Source: a virus. From it: DNA of 64,000 nucleotides. The stretch lies in the UHGV virus genome UHGV-0010228, one strand, 5' to 3'. The first letter of the stretch is position 1. Each line of letters starts with the position of its first letter. Of this stretch, positions 28,238 to 38,275 are shown in pieces. The position numbers and the translations under genes were made by a program. The notes beneath the pieces were generated by a model. It was not told the DNA's origin. It did no database searches and saw nothing but the letters and a program-made list of their open reading frames with translations.

Positions 28238-28697
28238 AATTTTTAATAACACCTCCTATATCAATATCACATGATATTGTGGCATATTTAGATATCTCAC
28301 AAAATAACTCATATGATTTTTCAAATACCGAATCATTTCTATACAAAAAACAAGCAATGATATCATAGAACCAATGATCGTTCTCATCATCAATTGTTTT
28401 AAGATATGGATATTTTAATATATTGTGCTCTGTATCATATTTTGGTACATTTCTTTTATATTCATCATGATATGTCAATTCTAAGCAATATTGATATATA
28501 GAATTAGTTGTTTCATATAATTGCTCGGCAATTATTCTAGCGTTTGGATAATTAGCAACTCTGGATAAAATAGTTTTTCTTATATAGAATACATTAGCAA
28601 GATATTTATCAATCCATGCATATTCCGATAAACCACTTCGTACAAGATTTGCTTCAAATTCTTGTATAAAAATTCCAATAAATGCCATATTTATCAC
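28206..28697 (-). CDS. hypothetical protein
   Basis: 163-aa ORF; 3' end overlaps the next gene start. Confidence 0.6.
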   Translation of the reverse strand: MINMAFIGIFIQEFEANLVRSGLSEYAWIDKYLANVFYIRKTILSRVANYPNARIIAEQLYETTNSIYQYCLELTYHDEYKRNVPKYDTEHNILKYPYLKTIDDENDHWFYDIIACFLYRNDSVFEKSYELFCEISKYATISCDIDIGGVIKNYGSEVNRTKA

Positions 28698-28738
28698 CTC
28701 AATAGATTGTTGTGATCTATTGAGGTGATGGTTTCTAC

Positions 28739-29407
28739 TTATTCAGGACGTACATATGCTACTAAGGTATATATATCTACAGATGAATATGATACTTTAA
28801 ATAGCATATAATCTTTCCATATATCATCAATATCTAAATGCATCCAATAAGCTGAATTAGCTTTAGAAAGATCTAATATTGCTCTACTAATATATACTTC
28901 ATTATTGATCATTATAGCTTCTTTATTCACTATAGTATTGAATTCGTCATTAGTAAATTTAGTAAATTGATCCATAAAATAATCTTCATTAAGGATTATT
29001 TTAAATAATCTAGGCAGTATTTCTATTAATTCAGGGTTATGATAAAATTCTATCATTAGATTATCTAATTGCTGATCATTTAATGTAGATAATTCAATAT
29101 TTATATCTTTCTTACTATCTTCTAATACTAATTTACCATTTGAAATTTTTCCCTCAGTATTAGTTTTGGTGTATTTAGTACAGAATGTTGTCATATTGAC
29201 AGCACTTATTAAATAGCAATGATACAACGATACATCACAATCATCATGGTTAATTTTACCTATCCTAATAATATTAGGATTATTAGCTCTCATTAATATA
29301 TAATTTTCTCTATCAATATAATATTCTGTACAGTTTAGCTTTAAGAATTTATTAAGATCTTTAAGATCTGAAAGTTGAGATACTAATGGTGAATATGATT
29401 TAGCCAT
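28739..29407 (-). CDS. hypothetical protein
   Basis: GAGGAGG RBS; start overlaps the upstream stop (TAATATG). Confidence 0.65.
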   Translation of the reverse strand: MAKSYSPLVSQLSDLKDLNKFLKLNCTEYYIDRENYILMRANNPNIIRIGKINHDDCDVSLYHCYLISAVNMTTFCTKYTKTNTEGKISNGKLVLEDSKKDINIELSTLNDQQLDNLMIEFYHNPELIEILPRLFKIILNEDYFMDQFTKFTNDEFNTIVNKEAIMINNEVYISRAILDLSKANSAYWMHLDIDDIWKDYMLFKVSYSSVDIYTLVAYVRPE

Positions 29408-29408
29408 A

Positions 29409-31289
29409 TTACTTTAAAACCTCCTCAATATGCTTGTCTAATTCTTCAAATACTTCAGAAGGTGATGGTAAATCTAAAAATATTCTACCAAATTCAAGAT
29501 ATTCTTTTTCAGCATATGAATCAATTAAGAAATTACTTTTATTTATTTTATATTTTGAATATTCATCACCCTTAAATTCAAAACTATCATAAATAGGTAT
29601 ATCAATATCATCTTCATTATCTAAGAATACCTTACCAACTAAAGTTTCATTACATATATTATCAATAGAAGTTGCAGTCGGATATTCTGATCCTATATCT
29701 TCATCTGCGACAAATTGGTGTACATATTTTGCATCTTTACCTAATATCTTAGTACCGGTTGGTTGCATATATAATGGATTCATTACATATGCACCTTGAT
29801 ATTTTTTCTTTTTCTTATCAGAATTATCTTCTTCCTCAGATTCATCATCTTCTAAATCGACAAGATCTTCAATATCAATCTCTCCGATATTAGGATCTAT
29901 TTTATCTAATAATGCTTCATAGTTACTAACTTTCTTGATATTCTTAAGCTTATTTTTATTAGTACCTAATACATATCCTCTTTGAAAAGCAAATAATGCG
30001 AATGAATATAATACAATAAGTGTCGTTGTAAATGATTGATGTGGTAAACACATATTCTTATATAATCTACTATATATAGTATTCATATCTTTAGTATGAG
30101 TTTCAATACCATACTGAAGTAAAACGTCTTTGAGGTTATATATAACAGCAGTTTCAAAATCCACATAATATAAATATCTTAATTCTGCAGATTCAGAATA
30201 ATCTAACTTAGTATCTCTAAGTTCTTTTTGAGCTATATAATTTAACTTTGTAGACTGCAATTTACCTCGACCTGACCTTATACCTGCATATTGAACCATA
30301 TCATCAACAAACGTACACATTGTATTAAGCTTTGCTAAATGTTTTCTTTTATGTACAACTGGATTTGTATCCTCATAAAATGATATAGGACTTCTCAATT
30401 CTATTCTATCATCAGGAATTATATCATTAGGATCGTATCCTAATTCTGATAATCTCAGGATTAAGTTCTGTAAATCATAAGGTTCGTTCCATATCTCAAC
30501 ATAATCGTTATCACATGCATGGATTACATCCCATAAAGTTCTTAATAGATCAATTTCAGTATCGAATAGTAAGAAGTTATATTCAAAATCAGACCCATAA
30601 GATTCATCAAACATTTCATGAACCTTTTTTTGCAATTCAGGGCCAGATTTCTTAAACTTATCGATCTGACTATACAATGCAGATCTTAAACCATCTTCAG
30701 TATATATTGGTTTTAATGAAGGTAATCTCTTTCCTTCAGGAATATCGTCTTTACATAATATAAACGTATACGCATTCTTAGTTGATCCATCTATATAAGT
30801 TACTAAGTTAATTGGATGCTTACCAGCTTCTGGAAATTTATCAGTTCGTATAATATCATTTTCTATATCGAGGTATCCTATACTTAATTCTATTGCTTTA
30901 TCAGTTGGATATTCATGAATAAAATTTAAGATATAATAATTCTCAATATTTAAGTCTGCATTAAATACATAAGGTGAAACTCTAGCTTCATCTTTACTAA
31001 TTCCCATTATCTTTCCAATTTCAGACCATCTAGATCTATAGTGTACTTTATGTTTAGTACAATCTTCGATCTTAAACCAATCTCTGAAGTGAGTATAATT
31101 TCTAAGTTCAGGCTTGCATATATAGACTTCTATTTCAGGTCTCTCTATTTGTAAAACACCCTTTTGTCCCGTATCAATATCCTTATATATAAATGTCAAT
31201 ACATCTGGTTTACTAAAATCATCCCCAGAATATATTACATTCAATGGAATTATGTTGTTATGATACTGATCTTCTGGTAAAAATTTCAT
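29409..31289 (-). CDS. hypothetical 626-aa protein with internal acidic patch (candidate major non-virion protein)
   Basis: AAAGGAGG RBS. DLVDLEDDESEEEDNSDKKKKK patch. Length is in the range of chimallin-type nucleus-shell proteins, but no sequence evidence supports that. Confidence 0.7.
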   Translation of the reverse strand: MKFLPEDQYHNNIIPLNVIYSGDDFSKPDVLTFIYKDIDTGQKGVLQIERPEIEVYICKPELRNYTHFRDWFKIEDCTKHKVHYRSRWSEIGKIMGISKDEARVSPYVFNADLNIENYYILNFIHEYPTDKAIELSIGYLDIENDIIRTDKFPEAGKHPINLVTYIDGSTKNAYTFILCKDDIPEGKRLPSLKPIYTEDGLRSALYSQIDKFKKSGPELQKKVHEMFDESYGSDFEYNFLLFDTEIDLLRTLWDVIHACDNDYVEIWNEPYDLQNLILRLSELGYDPNDIIPDDRIELRSPISFYEDTNPVVHKRKHLAKLNTMCTFVDDMVQYAGIRSGRGKLQSTKLNYIAQKELRDTKLDYSESAELRYLYYVDFETAVIYNLKDVLLQYGIETHTKDMNTIYSRLYKNMCLPHQSFTTTLIVLYSFALFAFQRGYVLGTNKNKLKNIKKVSNYEALLDKIDPNIGEIDIEDLVDLEDDESEEEDNSDKKKKKYQGAYVMNPLYMQPTGTKILGKDAKYVHQFVADEDIGSEYPTATSIDNICNETLVGKVFLDNEDDIDIPIYDSFEFKGDEYSKYKINKSNFLIDSYAEKEYLEFGRIFLDLPSPSEVFEELDKHIEEVLK

Positions 31290-31386
31290 TGTCTTTATCC
31301 TCCTTTATCAAATAAATAATATATCTATTTATAGATTTTATTTATATTTTAACAGATTATTAATCGTAAGAAATCATGAAAGGACG

Positions 31387-32430
31387 ATGAATATTATGGA
31401 CTTAAGTAAAAAACTTTCATTTCTAGTAAATGAAAAAACATCCCTTGATGTTACGTTTGATAATAATAATCCTGAGGATTCATCTATTGAAGACACAATA
31501 GTAGAGAAACCAAAAAAGAGAAAGAAAGATTCAGAATTTATAAATTCTCTTAAAGAGTCTGATATAGATGAAGATTCAAAATCTCTTTCAGCAGCAACTA
31601 AATTACTTGATCAATTTGAATCTGAAGATTTAGCAGCTGAATTTGATATGTTTTTAGATAACGATTTCGATGAAGAAGATATTGAATTAAAGAATTCATT
31701 AATCTCATTAGGACGTAAGTATGCAAGAGAAACTACAGTTACTGCTGAAACTTCAGAGATAATACAAGCATTCTCAGGATCAGAGAAATATTTAAGAAAT
31801 TTATATGATGAAATCGAAACTGATAAATCTAAAATTCAAAAAGATTTGGATCAAATGAGAATGAGCAGGAGTCGTAACTATAAAACTATTGCAGAATTAA
31901 ATGAACAAAAAAATTCATATATTAATTCTCAGATAAGCATTGTTAAAGAACTTAACTCTATTAAGAAATCACAATTTGATCTTAAATATAAAGATCAGAA
32001 AGCTAAAAATGGAACTGAAGATGGAAATAATGATATTTCATCATCAATGATAAAGAATCTTTTCAGCATTGGTAAAGGTGGAATGATTGATGCTTTAGGT
32101 GGTTATGAAGAAATATCTGGTGCTAGTGATGCTGGCATTCATAGCGAAATTTATGATGATGATAAAATTCATGACAAATATTTTAGTTCTGACGAGGAAG
32201 AATCTGAGGGTGATTTATATTTAAAATATGAAAATATGAACATTGAATTGATCATGCTTATAGATGAGGATGATAATATATTAAATATTATCGCTGAAGA
32301 TGATGATGGAAATGTGATACCTGATTATCCTGTACCTGAAATTAATGATGGGATGGGGTGCACATTCAATAAAACAGTTATGACTGCAGAAGATGGTTAT
32401 CATCGAAAATATAAATTACGGATTGTATAA
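31387..32430 (+). CDS. hypothetical acidic protein (D/E-rich)
   Basis: 347-aa ORF; followed by a strong terminator. Confidence 0.65.
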   Translation: MNIMDLSKKLSFLVNEKTSLDVTFDNNNPEDSSIEDTIVEKPKKRKKDSEFINSLKESDIDEDSKSLSAATKLLDQFESEDLAAEFDMFLDNDFDEEDIELKNSLISLGRKYARETTVTAETSEIIQAFSGSEKYLRNLYDEIETDKSKIQKDLDQMRMSRSRNYKTIAELNEQKNSYINSQISIVKELNSIKKSQFDLKYKDQKAKNGTEDGNNDISSSMIKNLFSIGKGGMIDALGGYEEISGASDAGIHSEIYDDDKIHDKYFSSDEEESEGDLYLKYENMNIELIMLIDEDDNILNIIAEDDDGNVIPDYPVPEINDGMGCTFNKTVMTAEDGYHRKYKLRIV

Positions 32431-32440
32431 AAAAAAAATA

Positions 32441-32466
32441 AAAGGGGATTCGTTTGAATCCCCTTT
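32441..32466. terminator. bidirectional intrinsic terminator
   Basis: aaaggggattc-gttt-gaatcccctttt. Confidence 0.8.
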
Positions 32467-32489
32467 TTAACTGTGTATACGAGCTGCAT

Positions 32490-33119
32490 CTATATAGTTG
32501 CAGCTTTTTTCTGAGTCTTATTATTGACCCCTTCTTTTATGGAGTCAATAACAGATCTCTCAGCGTTCTTGTTCTTATGAACACTCTTTGCGGCCTTCTT
32601 CATAGCCGCATTATATGCCGCGGCATTTCTAGCCGTAGCCTTAGATACGGCTTTGCGACCGTACTTTTCAGCAGCGCTGAGATATTTCATCTCAGCGTCA
32701 CATTTATCGGCTTTATCGCCATAATCTGACGACTCGACAGTATTTGTATTAACAACAAATCTGTCGTATGAATCCTCCCAAAGAGGATTCTCCATTATGC
32801 TCATATTGAGCATATGAATCAGCGAAAGCAACTGCTTTCTCTGAAATATATTATTCAGAGAAAGCAGTTGCTTGCCTATGACAATGCCATAGTCCCCGAT
32901 CATAAGATCGAGATTGTTAATTTCAAATATTCCGATTGGAATATCGATCGGAATATTTGAATTCTTTTCCTTCTTAGAGTTAAACGATGTTAACTCTAAG
33001 ATTTTATCCTCTGTAGTAAACAGAGGATAAAATCTTTTGCCATCAGCAACATATCCTTTTATTGACACAGGCTTAAGCTTGCCTGTGTTTTCTTTTTTAA
33101 AATTAAAAATCTTTAACAT
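32490..33119 (-). CDS. hypothetical protein with GC3-rich Ala/Lys-rich C-terminal region
   Basis: GGAGG RBS. The 3' roughly 270 nt (32490-32760) is markedly GC-richer than the genome. Contains a 20-bp perfect inverted repeat at 32826-32873. Confidence 0.6.
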   Translation of the reverse strand: MLKIFNFKKENTGKLKPVSIKGYVADGKRFYPLFTTEDKILELTSFNSKKEKNSNIPIDIPIGIFEINNLDLMIGDYGIVIGKQLLSLNNIFQRKQLLSLIHMLNMSIMENPLWEDSYDRFVVNTNTVESSDYGDKADKCDAEMKYLSAAEKYGRKAVSKATARNAAAYNAAMKKAAKSVHKNKNAERSVIDSIKEGVNNKTQKKAATI

Positions 33120-33207
33120 ATATTTACCTCCATGTTAAATAATACTAGAAGCATTATTGCTTCTAGTATTTTCTAATTATATTTTATTCACTTAAATAAT
33201 ATATTGG

Positions 33208-33516
33208 TTAAAAATCATACAATCTCGATAAATTATCAGTACTACGATATTCCATTCCAGTAATGCAATTCTTATAATATGTAAGAATATCATCAGCATT
33301 ATATCTACGTATTGTGTGCGATACTATCTTATCATTATCGCGTTTAATGCATAGTATTGGTCTATTCTGATCATCATATTCTCTTTCATATGCAATACCT
33401 GTAGAATTCCAATAGAATATTTCATTACCATTATCATCATATCGATATGATTCTGAAAATCCCTTACCATTTTCAAATTCAAGTATTCTTCCATGTTCAT
33501 CATATATTTTACCCAT
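33208..33516 (-). CDS. YD-repeat (RHS-repeat-like) small protein
   Basis: YDEHGRILEFENG, YRYDDNGNEIFYW, REYDDQNRPILCI and RLYDF fit the Y-x-YD-x-x-G/N-R-L/I repeat. AGGAGG RBS. Confidence 0.65.
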   Translation of the reverse strand: MGKIYDEHGRILEFENGKGFSESYRYDDNGNEIFYWNSTGIAYEREYDDQNRPILCIKRDNDKIVSHTIRRYNADDILTYYKNCITGMEYRSTDNLSRLYDF

Positions 33517-33541
33517 TTTTTTTTAACCTCCTACATAAAAA

Positions 33542-33576
33542 ATAAGTCTATACATTATAGAAATGTATAGACTTAT
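33542..33576 (-). terminator. intrinsic terminator
   Basis: ataagtctatacat-tatagaa-atgtatagacttat stem. Confidence 0.7.
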
Positions 33577-33595
33577 TTAATTTATTAAGACTTAT

Positions 33596-35005
33596 TTACT
33601 TAAAGAATAATTCTGAGAGTGAATCAGCTATATCATCCTGTAATGATCCTGTTGTAACATTATTCTTTAAAGCTGTACATATATTTTCAGCCGCTTTAAG
33701 AATATTATCATCTACTGTAACTGGACGAGCTGGACGCTTAGAGAATATTTCAACTCTACGTTCATTACCAATTGGTGGATACGTCTTGCGGATAGAGCTA
33801 TAATCACCAAAGTGATTAGTATTCGTTCTAACACCCGTAATATCACTTATTTCTTCACAATAAGATGTTGGCTTAAGATACTGCTTAATAGCATTCATAT
33901 CAACATCTTCTGATATAATTTCATCATAATGAGATATATCAATAATACCCTCATAGAACATATTAATCTTATTAGGAATCAATTCGTATTCCTCCTGATC
34001 AAATATTTCTTCAAGATATGCTTCAATTGACTCATCTGATATATTGCATGATAAATGAATTGTGAGATAATCAATCGTCATCTCTTTCTCAAATTTAATG
34101 AGCTTACCATTTCTGGTAGTATGCCAGATATAACCTCCATTATAATCTCTTCTACGAGTAATTATATTATCATCATCAGTAGTATCTGCCATATAAATGA
34201 GACTATGATTCTCGTCGTAAGCATTAATAAGGCATCTATGTGAATTAAATATGCCGTCGCTAGATACATTGCCATGATAAATATGCTCTAATTCATAGTC
34301 ATCTTTATCATAGAGATATTCATGAGTGTTAACAACTTTGCCATTTACGTAATATGTAATATTATACTTCTTGGCACCGTCATTAAGATATGATATTTCT
34401 TCTTCCTTTATGATATTATTATACTGCAGATATGCAGTATATATCAGACGATCATTATCGTCATATTTATATATTTCACTAGCACCTTTATTATTTTTAG
34501 TCATCAATAATCGATGCTTATTGTCATAATGATTTTCGATCAGTCTTACACTCGGAAAATCACCATCCTCTATACCATCATGGCAATCACTCCAATATCT
34601 TTCAATAATAGTTTCTTTAGTACCATTATGATTGATATATGTGTCACGCTGAAAAGTACTTTCATCAATAGCTGCATTATTCTCATCATTAGTTACTGAA
34701 ATCTTTCTATAGAATGAAGTACCGTAGTTATACGAGATAGTCTTCTCGTATGATTTTTCATTTTCTGAGTTAGTCTTATATGACTCAAATGAAAGATCGC
34801 CCTTCTCATTATAATTTCTTTTAAGGACTGATAATCCATCCGCATCATTTATAGTCCTAGAGAATAAACGAGGATTCATCTGATCTGGGTCAGATGCATC
34901 TTCAATATTAATGATCGTTTCTGTAATAGCATCATCCCCAGTAATTCTCATCAATTTCTCAACTGACTTTGCTTCTTCCATAAACTTTTCAAAATTAAAA
35001 CCCAT
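33596..35005 (-). CDS. YD-repeat (RHS-repeat-like) protein
   Basis: HYDNKHRLLMT, YKYDDNDRLIYTAY, YLYDKDDYELEHIY, AYDENHSLIYMAD and RRDYNGGYIWHT repeats. AAGGAGG RBS. Confidence 0.7.
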   Translation of the reverse strand: MGFNFEKFMEEAKSVEKLMRITGDDAITETIINIEDASDPDQMNPRLFSRTINDADGLSVLKRNYNEKGDLSFESYKTNSENEKSYEKTISYNYGTSFYRKISVTNDENNAAIDESTFQRDTYINHNGTKETIIERYWSDCHDGIEDGDFPSVRLIENHYDNKHRLLMTKNNKGASEIYKYDDNDRLIYTAYLQYNNIIKEEEISYLNDGAKKYNITYYVNGKVVNTHEYLYDKDDYELEHIYHGNVSSDGIFNSHRCLINAYDENHSLIYMADTTDDDNIITRRRDYNGGYIWHTTRNGKLIKFEKEMTIDYLTIHLSCNISDESIEAYLEEIFDQEEYELIPNKINMFYEGIIDISHYDEIISEDVDMNAIKQYLKPTSYCEEISDITGVRTNTNHFGDYSSIRKTYPPIGNERRVEIFSKRPARPVTVDDNILKAAENICTALKNNVTTGSLQDDIADSLSELFFK

Positions 35006-35077
35006 AGTAAAATGTCCTCCTTTTAAATAGGTGAGCTATAAATTATCATATAAATAATATATAGCTCTAAATAAAAC

Positions 35078-37735
35078 TTAATATAACCGATATATCGTTT
35101 GATTAGAATTCTTATCAATAACTTCTTCTGTTGTCATAATTATATTTACTGGATTTCCATCAAATGAATTATGATTATGAGTTATTAAGAATACTTGCTT
35201 AGCCTTAATATCATGTAATTGCTTATATAAAATATCAATAAAATGATCTTTATCTTTCTTATATAATGGACCATCCATTTCATCTAATAGCATTATATTA
35301 TAAGGTATTTCAACTTTCTGATTTAATTGGAATTGCCTTATCAATGCAAATGATAATGCGATACTAATAATAGCTTTTTGTCCCTGTGATGCAGATTCTA
35401 TATCATCTACTACTATATCATTAGATGCAAATGGAATCTTAAACTCATTTTCTGTGATTACAAAATCTAAAATTTCTAATCCATCATTAAATACATCAGA
35501 TATTAATTCATTAACAATTTCTCTGCAATTATCAAGAAATAATTTGATTAATACTAACGGAATTCCATCTTTAGCGGATGATGCTGCTAATATATCACGT
35601 AATAATTCTCGTTCTTCTAATGCTTCATCATACTCGTGTTGAGTATAATCAATATCCATTAAAAGATGAACTAACGATCTATGACGTTGCTCCTTTATAT
35701 CATATTCTAATTTAATATTATTAACTTCACGATATAAATCATTTACTTGGATAATATTATTCTTTGCAATTTCTAAATTTTTAGAAAGATTAACGATATT
35801 ATCAGATAATGTTTTATGCTGAACATCATATTCACGAATATCATTCTTAATAGAATCAATATTTAATGAGATCGTATATAATTCACTGGAACTTTCATAT
35901 TTTTTATTAATTTCAGTTCGTTCAGAATCTTTGACCTCTAACTGAGATATTAATGATCTATGTAAAGATTCACAATTTAAAATTTTCTCATCTATATTAC
36001 CTGAAGATTCCAATTGGCTCATTTCATATTTGATAGACTTTAATCTCTCAGAGAGATCATATAATGATTCTCTCATTTGACATAGCTCTAAAATATTGAT
36101 TAATTTAGAATGATCATACCAATTATAATTTGATCTATCAATAAGAATCATTTTTAGATTTTCTTGATTTAAAACTCCAAGGTCTTTTAGTGGAGTTTTA
36201 ATTGATTTCCACATTTCTTTTAATCCAATAATTCTCTTATATAAATATGGAAGATCTTGATATTTTGATATTTCAATATCAATAGAATCTATCTCATTTA
36301 AAATGCTATGTAATTCAGTATCATTCCTATTATTTTTATTTATATTAATTGGATGAGATATATAATATGGGCATGATTTAGTTGGACACAATGGTGCTCT
36401 ATACATTGGAATTGTGGGTGAATAAGTTTCTGAAAATTTTATATTATTTATTTGCTTCTGAAGATTTACCTTTCTACCAGTGAGCATAGATACTTTCTTA
36501 GATGCTACTGTAGATATTGTTGCATCTGAATTATATGCTGCAATTATCGATTCCTTAGAATACGACGTTATCTCATTAATTGAAGTTTTTATAATTTCAA
36601 GATCATCTATAAATTTAGCTAAATTTATATAACTATATGAGCATTTGAATCCTTTTAACTTGCGACTGTATTCATTATATTTAGTCTCAATATCTAAATA
36701 TTGTTGTTTTAATAAAGCTAAATGTGACTCTGATCCTGATATCTTTTTCATATCACGATATTTATTTAAATCAGCTTTATTATTCTTTATAGATTCTTCT
36801 AAATTCATTATTTCTTCATCAAGAGATTTTTTTCTATATAATAATACAGATATTTCATTACCTAGCTTTGTGCTATCTACACCATCGTATGCTTCTACTT
36901 TAGATCGGAGATTATCAATCTCTTTATTTAAATCTGATATCTGACCATTTAATATGCTCAATTGATCTTCAGTTTCTTCTATACTATGATTATTCAATAA
37001 GATATTATTAGCAGTTGATAGTTCTACGATCTTAGACTTAAGTGTAGAACTATCTTTCTCTAATTCAGATAATCGAGTTCCCAATTCATCTCGTTCCTGT
37101 ATCATTTCATCATATTTATCAGCAGATAATGACATAAGTTTATTTGTAAGCATTGTCATCTTAGCATTCATAGCTCTCATATCATCTGATACTTTCTTAT
37201 ATATATCAAGATATATATCTGCCTCCGGTAATTGCGCTGCTATATATGATTTCCTATCTGTAGATTTCATATTAATAAGATTTGTAACATTAGGTCCTAA
37301 TCTTAATAATCTTAAGAAATTTTGCTCTATACCCATCTCATCCTTTACGATCTCTTTAAAGGCTCCAGTATTACCATTAGGATTTAACTCAACACCATTT
37401 AATTTAATATATGATTTGGTATTATGAGTTTGACCATTTTTATTCCATGTATACTTATGCTGTATCGAATATACATCTTCGCCTCGGATGATATCAATCT
37501 CTTTAAGTCCATCCTTTTCTGGTAATATTTGCTTATCTTGATTTCTAGAATCCAATGAACCATACGTTGAGAATGGCTGTAAGTGTCCTAATATAGCCGT
37601 CTTACCAGATCCCATCTTTCCTATAAATATATTTATAGGATTATCATTATCAAAAATGATTTCTATCTCATTTTTATTCATTCCTGAATATATATGAGCA
37701 AAGTTCTTTAAATAAAGTCTATGTATTTTCCACAT
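35078..37735 (-). CDS. SbcC/Rad50-like SMC-family ATPase
   Basis: N-terminal Walker A GKMGSGKT. Long coiled-coil middle. C-terminal signature SQGQ, Walker B MLLDEMD and H-loop LITHN. Confidence 0.8.
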   Translation of the reverse strand: MWKIHRLYLKNFAHIYSGMNKNEIEIIFDNDNPINIFIGKMGSGKTAILGHLQPFSTYGSLDSRNQDKQILPEKDGLKEIDIIRGEDVYSIQHKYTWNKNGQTHNTKSYIKLNGVELNPNGNTGAFKEIVKDEMGIEQNFLRLLRLGPNVTNLINMKSTDRKSYIAAQLPEADIYLDIYKKVSDDMRAMNAKMTMLTNKLMSLSADKYDEMIQERDELGTRLSELEKDSSTLKSKIVELSTANNILLNNHSIEETEDQLSILNGQISDLNKEIDNLRSKVEAYDGVDSTKLGNEISVLLYRKKSLDEEIMNLEESIKNNKADLNKYRDMKKISGSESHLALLKQQYLDIETKYNEYSRKLKGFKCSYSYINLAKFIDDLEIIKTSINEITSYSKESIIAAYNSDATISTVASKKVSMLTGRKVNLQKQINNIKFSETYSPTIPMYRAPLCPTKSCPYYISHPININKNNRNDTELHSILNEIDSIDIEISKYQDLPYLYKRIIGLKEMWKSIKTPLKDLGVLNQENLKMILIDRSNYNWYDHSKLINILELCQMRESLYDLSERLKSIKYEMSQLESSGNIDEKILNCESLHRSLISQLEVKDSERTEINKKYESSSELYTISLNIDSIKNDIREYDVQHKTLSDNIVNLSKNLEIAKNNIIQVNDLYREVNNIKLEYDIKEQRHRSLVHLLMDIDYTQHEYDEALEERELLRDILAASSAKDGIPLVLIKLFLDNCREIVNELISDVFNDGLEILDFVITENEFKIPFASNDIVVDDIESASQGQKAIISIALSFALIRQFQLNQKVEIPYNIMLLDEMDGPLYKKDKDHFIDILYKQLHDIKAKQVFLITHNHNSFDGNPVNIIMTTEEVIDKNSNQTIYRLY

Positions 37736-37789
37736 TATTCTTTTCTCCTTTTCAAAAGAATAATATATAGTTTGATAAAAAATAAAGAA

Positions 37790-37818
37790 AAAAGAGAAGG
37801 TTAATAACCTTCTCTTTT
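37790..37818 (-). terminator. intrinsic terminator
   Basis: aaagagaaggtt-aat-aaccttctcttt. Confidence 0.7.
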
Positions 37819-37834
37819 TATTGATTTTATCTTT

Positions 37835-38275
37835 CTATTTATCTTTCTCTTTATCTGGATCGACAAAGTATTTTTTGGTAAGCTTTTCAATGAGCTTAGC
37901 CTGAATATCATTGCCAATATCACATAAAGCATCACTTGGTGGCACTGATGATGAGCATGATATTAATAATATTGGATTGTTATCATTTGGTTTTACTAGA
38001 GAGATATATACTTCACCAACTACAGCTTTTATACAATGCTCCTGAAATGAATATTTCAGATTATATTTCGCATCAATGATATATTTAATATCATCTATAT
38101 TAAAGCTTGTAGTTGTCCTTGATGGGAAATATATATCTGAATTAAACTTCCCAGTAGTATGCTTACTAATATTATCAGTAAGCATACGCTGCATTACAAT
38201 ATTAACCTCAGATGCAATCTTAATTATTTCTGAAGCATACAATATTATACCATTTTTTGCAATTTCTTTAGACAT
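37835..38275 (-). CDS. hypothetical protein
   Basis: AAGGAGA RBS; 146 aa. Confidence 0.65.
   Translation of the reverse strand: MSKEIAKNGIILYASEIIKIASEVNIVMQRMLTDNISKHTTGKFNSDIYFPSRTTTSFNIDDIKYIIDAKYNLKYSFQEHCIKAVVGEVYISLVKPNDNNPILLISCSSSVPPSDALCDIGNDIQAKLIEKLTKKYFVDPDKEKDK

Noticed and set aside
32440-32760. Considered the 91-aa plus-strand ORF 32454..32729 as the real gene in the GC-rich segment
   Set aside because: It lacks an RBS, begins inside the terminator hairpin, and its Cys/Phe/Leu-rich translation looks antisense-derived. The minus-strand ORF has a strong RBS and a coherent N-terminus.
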